Positions 49,083 to 57,353 of a stretch of 64,000 bases of DNA are shown here, piece after piece. The first letter of the stretch is position 1, and each line of letters opens with the position of its first letter. The translations under genes were made by a program, and so were the position numbers. This DNA is from Cytophagales bacterium (GTDB taxonomy: Bacteria; Bacteroidota; Bacteroidia; Cytophagales; UBA9547), in assembly GCA_033765235.1 (NCBI GenBank), contig JANRIG010000020.1, positions 155,934-219,933 of the forward strand, given 5' to 3'. The notes beneath the pieces were generated by a model that saw only the letters and a program-made list of their open reading frames with translations, ran no database searches and was not told the origin of the DNA.

Positions 49083-49878
49083 CCGCAGATACATACTCGG
49101 CTACATCCATCACTTTCACGGTGTCTTCTTTGCCTTTGTTTTTTACCCCATCGCCCATCATCACCATACAAAACGGACATGCTGTAGCCACATATTGTGC
49201 GCCTGTGCTCAGTGCCTCTTCGGTGCGTGCTATGTTAATGTCTTGATGCCCTTTTTCAGGTTCTTTAAACATTTGTGCACCCCCTGCACCGCAACATAGC
49301 CCGTGCTTGCGGCTACGCTTCATCTCAGTGAGGTCAGCATCGAGTGCTGCCAATACCTCACGGGGAGCCTCGTACACCTCGTTTGCTCTACCCAAGTAGC
49401 ATGAGTCGTGGTAGGTGAATTTTTTGCCTTCAAAACTTCCTGTGCCTTTGAGCTTTATTTTGCCCTCGTTTATTAGCTGCTGCAATAGTTGGGTGTGGTG
49501 TATCACTTCATACTGCCCTCCCAACTCTGGATATTCGTTTTTGAGGGTATTAAAACAATGCGGGCAAGCAGTCACTATTTTTTTGATTTTGTAGCCATTG
49601 AGCACTTGTATATTTTGCATGGCTTGCATTTGAAATAAAAATTCATTGCCCGCACGGCGTGCAGGGTCGCCTGTACAGGTTTCTTCAGCACCCAGTATGG
49701 CATAGTTTATTTGCAAATGGTGCAGTATTTTGCATATAGCAATAGTTACTTTTTTATATCGTTCATCAAAGGAGCCTGCACAACCCACCCAAAAAAGTAT
49801 GTCGGGTGATTTGCCCTCCGAGGCCATATTTTGCATGAGGGGTATGGAAGTCATGGTATTATTTGGGTTAATATTCAT
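49069..49878 (-). CDS. (Fe-S)-binding protein with two CCG domains (HdrD/GlpC C-terminal-like)
   Basis: FWVGCAGSFD...TCTGDPARRAGN and TACPHCFNT...LCCGAGGA motifs. Its 3' end overlaps the MscS gene 3' end by 14 nt. Confidence 0.72.
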   Translation of the reverse strand: MNINPNNTMTSIPLMQNMASEGKSPDILFWVGCAGSFDERYKKVTIAICKILHHLQINYAILGAEETCTGDPARRAGNEFLFQMQAMQNIQVLNGYKIKKIVTACPHCFNTLKNEYPELGGQYEVIHHTQLLQQLINEGKIKLKGTGSFEGKKFTYHDSCYLGRANEVYEAPREVLAALDADLTEMKRSRKHGLCCGAGGAQMFKEPEKGHQDINIARTEEALSTGAQYVATACPFCMVMMGDGVKNKGKEDTVKVMDVAEYVSAAMKL

Positions 49879-49990
49879 GTAATAATACTGTATGTGAGCA
49901 CAAAAGGTTATTATTTTAGTATAAAAATGTTATTACACACAATATATAGCAATATTAATATGGCAGTATTGCTTATTGGGCAATATTATA

Positions 49991-49998
49991 TATTTTTG
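49991..49998 (+). promoter_or_regulatory. -7 promoter motif TATTTTTG
   Basis: TAnnTTTG match 19 nt upstream of the ATG at 50018. Confidence 0.4.
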
Positions 49999-50017
49999 CA
50001 ACAATAATAAAGATAGT

Positions 50018-50341
50018 ATGAAGTCATTTGAGTTTACTGCGTTGCGCATACTTGAGAAGTACCACTTCACACGTGAAGATGCCGAAGCATTTTTAGAATC
50101 TATCAAAGAAGCCAAGTCAGACGATGTAGCTACCAAAGCCGACATTTTGCGTCTCGAAAAAGAAATAAATGACATTAAGAAAGAAATAACAGAAATTAAG
50201 AAAGAAATAAGCGAAATCAGAAAAGACACTCGCATGCCGGAGGTAAAGATAGAGTCTGTCAAAAATCAACTCATTGTTTGGGTATTTGGTATCATGTTTG
50301 CCATGGCAGGCCTCATCATAGCTGTGCTAAAATTTACCTAA
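50018..50341 (+). CDS. Tail-anchored coiled-coil protein (DUF1640-like)
   Basis: MKSFEF...FTREDAEAFLESIKE...ATKADILRLEKEINDIKKEITEIKKEISEI, then a C-terminal TM helix LIVWVFGIMFAMAGLIIAVL. Confidence 0.5.
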   Translation: MKSFEFTALRILEKYHFTREDAEAFLESIKEAKSDDVATKADILRLEKEINDIKKEITEIKKEISEIRKDTRMPEVKIESVKNQLIVWVFGIMFAMAGLIIAVLKFT

Positions 50342-50420
50342 ATATATTATTTGCCAATACATTTGTATAATTGATTTTTTTTTAAATAACTTGTAAACCA
50401 AAATTTACATCATATATATT

Positions 50421-51014
50421 ATGGCTGAAAATCTTACTATAATCAAGAAAGTAGAAAATACGTTCGAAAAATTAGTCTTTTGGTCACGTTGGCTGCAAGC
50501 ACCCATATATTTTGGCCTCGTAGTAGGTGCAGCATTGTATGTATATAAGTTTTTTAACGAGCTCATGCACCTTGCCCTCACTGTAGATGAGATAAATGAA
50601 ATCACTGTCATGCTATATATATTGGGGTTGATAGACATATCCATGGTTATGAACCTACTCATCATAGTGATAATAGGAGGATATACCATATTTGTAAGTA
50701 AAATAGACTTTTCAGACGAGGAAGACAAACCACAGTGGCTCGACAATATAGATGCCGGTATACTCAAAATAAAACTTGCCAGTTCATTAGCCTCCATCTC
50801 AGGCGTGCACTTGCTCAAGACATTTATAGACATACACGAAGAGTCTGCCAAAAGCGAATTCAACGTAAGTGTGTTTTACGGAGTAGTGATAGAGATCATT
50901 ATTCACATAGTATTCATAGTATCTGCCTTGCTGCTGGCCTATGTGGAGCGCATACTGCATGACTCGCACCGTGCAGCCCACGACCCTGAGATTGACCGTG
51001 AAATAAAGCACTGA
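50421..51014 (+). CDS. UPF0114 / YqhA-family membrane protein
   Basis: ...WSRWLQAPIYFGLVVGAALYVYKFFNEL... matches the YqhA N-terminal pattern (SRWLLAPVYFGL). Confidence 0.72.
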   Translation: MAENLTIIKKVENTFEKLVFWSRWLQAPIYFGLVVGAALYVYKFFNELMHLALTVDEINEITVMLYILGLIDISMVMNLLIIVIIGGYTIFVSKIDFSDEEDKPQWLDNIDAGILKIKLASSLASISGVHLLKTFIDIHEESAKSEFNVSVFYGVVIEIIIHIVFIVSALLLAYVERILHDSHRAAHDPEIDREIKH

Positions 51015-51020
51015 TAAGCC

Positions 51021-51683
51021 TTGCTGGTATCTACCCGCGGTATTGTACTGAGCCATATCAGGTACAAAGAAACCTCCATAATTGCCAAAATATTTACAGA
51101 GCAGTATGGACTGCTTAGTTTTGTAGTAAATTCTGTGTACAAAACCAAGCCTCAATTTGCTCCTGCCTACTTTTTGCCCCTCACTGAGCACACTTTGATA
51201 ATATACTACATGCAGGGTAGAGATATAAACAGGGTGAAAGAGCTCACGCTGCTACAGCATATAGCCGATAGCTCTATATACAAAGCAGCACTATCCATGC
51301 TTATTGCCGAAATATTAGGTCAATCATTGGTAGTAGGCTATACTCATGCCCGATTATACAACTATTTGCACAACACCCTCACCAACCTGCAATACTCACA
51401 AAACCGCAACATACACCTGCCCATACTCTTGCAGCTGCTCAAGGTATTAGGCTATGAGCCCGGCTACGAACAATTGGCATCGATTCACAATACAGATTAT
51501 GACCACCAAACACTTACCTGCCTGCAGGCACTCCTAACCCTCTCCAAAGACAGCAATATCGAAGATATTAATATCCCCAATATTTACTCAAAACAAATAT
51601 TGGATATGATAATGTCTTTTTTTGAGCACCATATACCTGACTTTAGTGCTATAAAAAGTATAAATATTTTAAGAGAAATTTAA
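51021..51683 (+). CDS. recO: DNA repair protein RecO
   Basis: N-terminal OB-fold pattern TRGIVLSHIRYKETSIIAKIFTEQYGLLSF, with compatible length and layout. TTG start. Confidence 0.82.
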   Translation: MLVSTRGIVLSHIRYKETSIIAKIFTEQYGLLSFVVNSVYKTKPQFAPAYFLPLTEHTLIIYYMQGRDINRVKELTLLQHIADSSIYKAALSMLIAEILGQSLVVGYTHARLYNYLHNTLTNLQYSQNRNIHLPILLQLLKVLGYEPGYEQLASIHNTDYDHQTLTCLQALLTLSKDSNIEDINIPNIYSKQILDMIMSFFEHHIPDFSAIKSINILREI

Positions 51684-51734
51684 ACCTTTTCAATTACTTA
51701 CGTATTATTGTGTAATTTATATTAAAGTAATATA

Positions 51735-51742
51735 TATATTTG
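51735..51742 (+). promoter_or_regulatory. -7 promoter motif TATATTTG
   Basis: TAnnTTTG match 21 nt upstream of the ATG at 51764. Confidence 0.4.
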
Positions 51743-51763
51743 TTTCCAAAAATAAATTGATTT

Positions 51764-52672
51764 ATGGAAAAACCATTAAAATTCAGACATTTCTACCGCG
51801 ATGAGCTTGCCAAATCACTAGCTTTTACAGAAAAAGAACGTCAAGGAATTGTATTTCAATTAGTAATTGCCATAGTATTACCTTTGGTAGCCATACCTGT
51901 ACTCACGGTATTATACCTTGAGATGCACCAAGAGCTGTTTTTAGTACCCGTACTCATGCTTGTACTCGGCTCACCCATATATATCAACAAGCTGCTTGGT
52001 GATACACGTTTTTATAAAAATTTCAAGAAAAAAATCATTTACAAAATTATCAGATATATAAATAACACTGTGGAGTATGACAATCTTCAAAAAGTAGATG
52101 ATGTAGAGTATGACAATGCGCGCTTTTTTGACAACTCCAATACTATTATATATGGCGATGACCATGTGTCGGGCGAGATAAACGGTGTAAGGTTGGAGTG
52201 GTCTGAGCTATTGGTAGAGTACAGAAGCACCTCAGACAAAAAAGAATTTGGCTCCAAATATCAGTTTCGCGGGCTTTATTTTGTGACTGAGTTTAAAAGA
52301 GATTTTCCCGCATCATTTGTCATATATACACCCAACGTTAATGATGCCAATGTAAAAGACAAAATCACTGATAACTCAGACTTCAATGCTTCATTCAAAT
52401 GCAAAGCTGTGAAAAATGCCGACAAAATAAATCAGGTGCTCACCCCGGCTGTAATAAGTGCAATACTTCAATTTCAAAAAAATGTGGCCAATGAGTTTAT
52501 GATTTCAGTCATGGACAATAGATTTTATTTGGCTGTATATCATGATGAAGACCTTTTTGAGCCTACCCTATTTCAGGGCATCAAAAACTATGACAAAATA
52601 AACGGATATTTTGAAGACTTGTACTTTCCAATGGATTTACTTGACGCGGTCACTACCGAGCTCAAACAATAA
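51764..52672 (+). CDS. DUF3137-like membrane protein
   Basis: Two N-terminal TM helices, then ...SGEINGVRLEWSELLVEY...YQFRGLYFVTEF. Family recalled, not searched. Confidence 0.45.
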   Translation: MEKPLKFRHFYRDELAKSLAFTEKERQGIVFQLVIAIVLPLVAIPVLTVLYLEMHQELFLVPVLMLVLGSPIYINKLLGDTRFYKNFKKKIIYKIIRYINNTVEYDNLQKVDDVEYDNARFFDNSNTIIYGDDHVSGEINGVRLEWSELLVEYRSTSDKKEFGSKYQFRGLYFVTEFKRDFPASFVIYTPNVNDANVKDKITDNSDFNASFKCKAVKNADKINQVLTPAVISAILQFQKNVANEFMISVMDNRFYLAVYHDEDLFEPTLFQGIKNYDKINGYFEDLYFPMDLLDAVTTELKQ

Positions 52673-52714
52673 CTCAAATAATATATTAATACATTGAATT
52701 TACTTCTCGGCAAT

Positions 52715-52722
52715 TAAATTTG
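52715..52722 (+). promoter_or_regulatory. -7 promoter motif TAAATTTG
   Basis: TAnnTTTG match 19 nt upstream of the panB ATG. Confidence 0.4.
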
Positions 52723-52741
52723 ACCGTACAGTTATCATTTT

Positions 52742-53560
52742 ATGGCAAGGCTCAAAGAAGAGGTTAAAAAAATCACCACCCATCAGTTGCAAGAGATGAA
52801 AAATAGAGGTGAGAAAATATCCATGCTCACTGCCTATGACTACTCTATGGCCAAAATACTTGACGAGGCGGGGGTAGATGTACTGTTGGTAGGTGACTCT
52901 GCCTCTAACGTAATAGCAGGGCACGAAACCACATTACCTATCACCCTTGAGCAAATGATATATCATGCATCATCTGTAGTGCGTGCAGTGCAGCGTGCAT
53001 TTGTAGTAGTAGATATCCCATTTGGCTCCTATCAGGGCAACTCATCTGAGGCGCTCCGCTCCGCCATCAGGATCATGAAAGAATCTGGAGCACATGCCGT
53101 AAAAGTAGAAGGAGGAGTAGAAATAAAAGAATCTATTACACGCATATTGAGTGCAGGGGTGCCTGTAATGGGGCATTTGGGGCTCACACCACAATCTATT
53201 TATAAGTTTGGCACCTATGCCGTGCGTGCCACTGATAAGGCAGAGGCACAAAAATTAGAACTAGATGCTCTTATGCTTGAGCAATCAGGCTGCTTTGCCA
53301 TGGTATTAGAAAAAATACCAGCCAAATTAGCCCAAAAAGTTACTAAAAGTGTGCGCATCCCTGTGATAGGTATAGGGGCAGGGCCTGATACTGACGGGCA
53401 AGTGCTGGTGACACATGACATGCTGGGTATCAATACCGAATTTAGTCCGCGCTTCATACGCAAATATGCCCATCTGCGCGAAACCATGATGCAAGCCGTG
53501 CGCAACTATGTGAGCGACATCAAAAGAGAAGACTTCCCCAATGCCTCTGAGTCATATTAG
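52742..53560 (+). CDS. panB: 3-methyl-2-oxobutanoate hydroxymethyltransferase
   Basis: MLTAYDY..A...D.AGVD.LLVGDS, VKVEGG and GHLGLTPQS motifs. Confidence 0.95.
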   Translation: MARLKEEVKKITTHQLQEMKNRGEKISMLTAYDYSMAKILDEAGVDVLLVGDSASNVIAGHETTLPITLEQMIYHASSVVRAVQRAFVVVDIPFGSYQGNSSEALRSAIRIMKESGAHAVKVEGGVEIKESITRILSAGVPVMGHLGLTPQSIYKFGTYAVRATDKAEAQKLELDALMLEQSGCFAMVLEKIPAKLAQKVTKSVRIPVIGIGAGPDTDGQVLVTHDMLGINTEFSPRFIRKYAHLRETMMQAVRNYVSDIKREDFPNASESY

Positions 53561-53618
53561 CTTCAAAAGGCTTATCTTATTTCGAAAATTTGCAACAAAT
53601 AACTTGATTATTATGAAT

Positions 53619-53651
53619 AAAAAAAAGCTGCCCAAAGGACAGCTTTTTTTT
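53619..53651. terminator. Bidirectional intrinsic terminator between panB and the convergent lipoprotein gene
   Basis: aaaaaaaagctgcccaaaggacagctttttttt: a 7-bp stem with one bulge, an A-run upstream and a T-run downstream. Confidence 0.6.
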
Positions 53652-53676
53652 CAACTATTTCACATTTAATACTTTG

Positions 53677-54681
53677 TTATTTACTCCATTTCACTTCTCT
53701 GGATTTTTCTTCGCCTTTGCGGTTTTTGAATTTTATTTTGTATCCCGATGGGCAGCTGGCAGCACCGCTACCTTTGTTGATGGTTTCTGTAGTCACTATA
53801 GGGTCTCCTCCGGAAGCTGGGGTTACAGTATGTATTCTCTCGCCCTCTGCAGGCACCCAAAAGCATGTGCTGTATCCTATGATAGGTTTGCTGATACGGG
53901 TTACAAATTTGTCGCCAAATCTATTGGTACCGCTTATCACCACATCGCTGTTGGCGCCATCTGTGCCAAAGCCTTCTACGGTGATGGTGATAGTGCGTGA
54001 GGCAGTGTCAGGGCGTGCATAGGTCACTTTGCGGGTCACTGTCCATGAGCGTGTTTTGCCATTGTGGAATGTGATTTTCATATCACCGCTGGTTTTGTGT
54101 ATCACAGGGTTAGTTTTGCCTCTGCGACCTACTTGCCATACATAGCCTCCTGTTTCGTTTACCACAGTTTGCAATCCATCAAGCGTAGCTTTCACGGTGT
54201 CAAGACCTGTTTTGCCTTTTTCGGCGGTGCTGTATCCGCTGAATGATACGGTGTATTCGGCACCTTTCTCTGTGAAATATTTACCTTTGGTCAGGGTCAC
54301 TATGATAGTACCTGTGCGTGTTTTGCCGAGTGCGTTACAGTCTCCGCTGTATGATATTTTCACGGTTTTGAGATTTTCGCCTTTTACAGTACTATTGTTG
54401 GCACGTTCTATGGTCACGGTGCGTCCGCAGTCTTGGTAGGTATCTTCTATACGTGCACCACTTAGTGAGCCTAAGTCGGAGTTTACATCATCCAATGCTT
54501 GGTCAATGCTGCCGGAAGTCTCATTATTATCGTTTACATTTGTCACTTGTACTTCTTCACTTTCGGCGGCTATGGTAGTAGTGGCAGGTGTCACTTCATC
54601 AGTTTCTCTTTTTTTGCAAGATGTCACTATGAGTATGCAAGCAATTACATAAGGTACTAATTTTAAAACAGAGGTTTTCAT
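53677..54681 (-). CDS. Lipoprotein of unknown function
   Basis: Signal/lipobox ...ACILIVTSCKK. Thr/Gly-rich beta-type sequence. Confidence 0.55.
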   Translation of the reverse strand: MKTSVLKLVPYVIACILIVTSCKKRETDEVTPATTTIAAESEEVQVTNVNDNNETSGSIDQALDDVNSDLGSLSGARIEDTYQDCGRTVTIERANNSTVKGENLKTVKISYSGDCNALGKTRTGTIIVTLTKGKYFTEKGAEYTVSFSGYSTAEKGKTGLDTVKATLDGLQTVVNETGGYVWQVGRRGKTNPVIHKTSGDMKITFHNGKTRSWTVTRKVTYARPDTASRTITITVEGFGTDGANSDVVISGTNRFGDKFVTRISKPIIGYSTCFWVPAEGERIHTVTPASGGDPIVTTETINKGSGAASCPSGYKIKFKNRKGEEKSREVKWSK

Positions 54682-54782
54682 TTTTTTTATTTTTATAATT
54701 TGTTAATATAAATTAATTGGAAATTTTACTCTTTGACAGAGGCAAATAATAAAGGTTTAATTTAATAAAAAATATTTTTATC

Positions 54783-55646
54783 TTATGATATATTCATGGG
54801 CACTTCAATGAGCAATATTTCTGTCTTTGTCAAAAATTGCATTTCAAAGTGAGTAGTATCATATATACCAAGTGCGTCTCTTTTGCCCAATGTTTGGTTA
54901 TTGATTTGCACTTGCCCGTCTATCACAAAGGCATATACACCATTGCCGGGTTTATTTATCTTATAATTTATATTTTTTGAAGCTTCAAATATGCCAAGCT
55001 GAAACCATGCATCCTGATTTATCCATACACTGCCATCGTCTTCGGGCGATACTATGGTTTGAAATTTATTGATTCTGTCTTGGGGCAAATATGTTTTTTG
55101 GTCATAGCGAGGAGTAATGTTATGCTGCTTGGGAAATACCCAAATTTGCAGCAAATTAATATCTTTATCCGTATTTTTGTTATACTCAGAGTGGAATATA
55201 CCTGTGCCGGCACTCATGATTTGCACATCCATATGCTTGATTACTGAGGTATTGCCCATGCTGTCTTTGTGCTCAAGGTCGCCACGCAAGGGTATGGTCA
55301 CTATCTCCATATTGTCGTGCGGGTGCTTGCCAAAGCCCATGCCGGGTGCTATAATATCGTCATTGAGTACTCGGAGCACTCCAAAGTTCATTTTATCGGG
55401 GTTGTAATAGTTGGCAAAACTGAATGAGTGATGAGCATTGAGCCAGCCATGGTTTGCATGGCCACGTTCTGTAGCTTTGTGAAATATTGTTTTCATATTG
55501 TTTGTGAGAGATTCGTTTTTGGTAATATGCTCATAACCTACTTGCGAGGTGGTGTTATGATTTTGTGATTTGGACACTGCTGCTAAAGGTACCCCTACAG
55601 CGGCGGCTCCCATTACTGACTTTTTGATAAAATCTTTGCGGTTCAT
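54783..55646 (-). CDS. Pirin-family (cupin) protein with Tat-like signal peptide
   Basis: HPHDNMEIVTIPLRGDLEHKDSMGN metal-binding cupin motif. The N-terminus MNRKDFIKKSVMGAAAVGVPLAAVS resembles a twin-arginine (RK variant) signal. Confidence 0.82.
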   Translation of the reverse strand: MNRKDFIKKSVMGAAAVGVPLAAVSKSQNHNTTSQVGYEHITKNESLTNNMKTIFHKATERGHANHGWLNAHHSFSFANYYNPDKMNFGVLRVLNDDIIAPGMGFGKHPHDNMEIVTIPLRGDLEHKDSMGNTSVIKHMDVQIMSAGTGIFHSEYNKNTDKDINLLQIWVFPKQHNITPRYDQKTYLPQDRINKFQTIVSPEDDGSVWINQDAWFQLGIFEASKNINYKINKPGNGVYAFVIDGQVQINNQTLGKRDALGIYDTTHFEMQFLTKTEILLIEVPMNIS

Positions 55647-55742
55647 AATCTTAGCAAAATAATTTTAGACTAATACATAATATTTAGGTCATTTGTTCAA
55701 ATATGATTAATTATTATTATGTATTTGCTTTGCCCAAAGCTA

Positions 55743-57347
55743 TCACTTTATTTTATCTCTCTTTTTTTTGTGGAATGTGATGCCAAATCTATGTGCTTCG
55801 TCTCGAATTCTTTGCAGGAGTAGTAGTGTGGCAGATTTTTTGGAGAGCATCACAGGCAGCTCATCGCCGGGCAGGTATATCTCTTCCAGCCTTTTGGCTA
55901 TGCTCATAATGGCTACTTTGCCATATATGTCTAAAGATTTGAGGGAGTCAATGGCGGCATTGAGTTGTCCCTTACCTCCGTCTATCAATATTAATTTTGG
56001 CAAAGGCTGGTTTTCTTGCAGCAGTCTATGATACCTGCGATATACTATTTCTCTCATACTGTCAAAGTCATTTGCGCCTATCACTGTTTTGATATTGAAG
56101 TGGCGATAATCCTTTTTGGACGGTGCACCGTTTTTAAAACATACCATGGAGGCTACAGGTGTAGTGCCTTGCAGGTTGGAGTTGTCAAAACATTCTATAT
56201 GGTCAGGCAACTCTTTGAGGCTTAAGTCTTTCATTATTTGTTCTAATAGGTTGGTTTTGCTGTCTTGCTTGGTAATAGGTTGGTTTGTAGCCAGATAGTA
56301 TTCTGTATTTTTGAGACTGAGGTCTACCAAATGTTTTTTTTCACCACGCTCGGGTATAGTAATTGCAGTGCCATGGGTATAGATAGGGTCTATGTAAAAA
56401 TTTGTCAATATTTCGTCCAAAGGTTGCTCTCGGTCTGAGTACTCATCTATCACTACACCGCATATTTTCATCAGTGTATCGTCTTGCGATGGTATCACTT
56501 TGGAGTGGATTATGCGGCCTTGTATAATGTGCAGATAGTTTATATAAATATGAGTTTTACGTTCAAATTTGGTTAAGACCAATATATTTTTGCCGGATGC
56601 TGAGCTTATGAGTGAGTGTGCTTGATAGGTGGCTAATTCATCAAGTTTTATTTTGGCAGCATGTGCTTTTTCATATTCCATTTGTGTGCTGTATAGCTTT
56701 ATTTTTTGGCTCCATATCTTTTTTATTTCCTGCAAATTACCTTTCAATATGTATTTAATATCTTGTATATCAGCAATATAATCGTGGTGTGTTTGTAAAT
56801 TTTCGCAAGGTGCTTTGCAATTGCCTATATGGTATTCGAGGCATTTTTTAAACTTGCCAGTGGTCACGTTTTTCACATTCATTGGCAGGTCGCAACTGCG
56901 CACGGTGTATAGTTTTTTTACCAAATCTAGCACCCCTTTCATGGCTTTTACCCCCGGAAAAGGACCATATAGCGTACCTTGCTGAAAATCGGGTCTGCGG
57001 GTAGGGAATATTCTTGGGTAGTCTTCGTCAGTAACTACTATGAATGGATAGCTTTTGTCATCGCGGTACATGATGTTGTAGCGTGGGGTGTGTGTCTTTA
57101 TGAGGTTGTTTTCGAGCAATAGTGCATCGTTTTCATTGTTTACCACTATAAATTCTATGCGTTCTATGCTTTTGACAAGTACCCGAGTTTTATTATCAGG
57201 GAGGTTTTTGTTAAAATAAGAGGTTACACGTTTTTTGAGGTTTTTGGCTTTGCCCACATATATGAGTTCATCGCGTACATTGTAATACTTATAGATGCCT
57301 GGTTGGGTGGGAAGGTTTTTTATGATTGCTTCCAGATGTGGTGGCAT
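55743..57347 (-). CDS. uvrC: Excinuclease ABC subunit C, lacking the C-terminal (HhH)2 domain
   Basis: GIY-YIG: PGIYKYYN...IYVGKAKNLKKRVTSYF. UVR region. Endonuclease domain: ILIDGGKGQLNAA...IRDEAHRFGITFHKKKRDK. The ORF stops right after that motif at 534 aa. Confidence 0.88.
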   Translation of the reverse strand: MPPHLEAIIKNLPTQPGIYKYYNVRDELIYVGKAKNLKKRVTSYFNKNLPDNKTRVLVKSIERIEFIVVNNENDALLLENNLIKTHTPRYNIMYRDDKSYPFIVVTDEDYPRIFPTRRPDFQQGTLYGPFPGVKAMKGVLDLVKKLYTVRSCDLPMNVKNVTTGKFKKCLEYHIGNCKAPCENLQTHHDYIADIQDIKYILKGNLQEIKKIWSQKIKLYSTQMEYEKAHAAKIKLDELATYQAHSLISSASGKNILVLTKFERKTHIYINYLHIIQGRIIHSKVIPSQDDTLMKICGVVIDEYSDREQPLDEILTNFYIDPIYTHGTAITIPERGEKKHLVDLSLKNTEYYLATNQPITKQDSKTNLLEQIMKDLSLKELPDHIECFDNSNLQGTTPVASMVCFKNGAPSKKDYRHFNIKTVIGANDFDSMREIVYRRYHRLLQENQPLPKLILIDGGKGQLNAAIDSLKSLDIYGKVAIMSIAKRLEEIYLPGDELPVMLSKKSATLLLLQRIRDEAHRFGITFHKKKRDKIK

Positions 57348-57353
57348 AGTATA

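Noticed and set aside
49933-50262. 109-aa minus-strand ORF opposite the DUF1640-like gene.
   Set aside because: It is a mirror of a heptad-repeat coding region. The plus-strand ORF has a promoter box, a sensible start and a C-terminal TM anchor.
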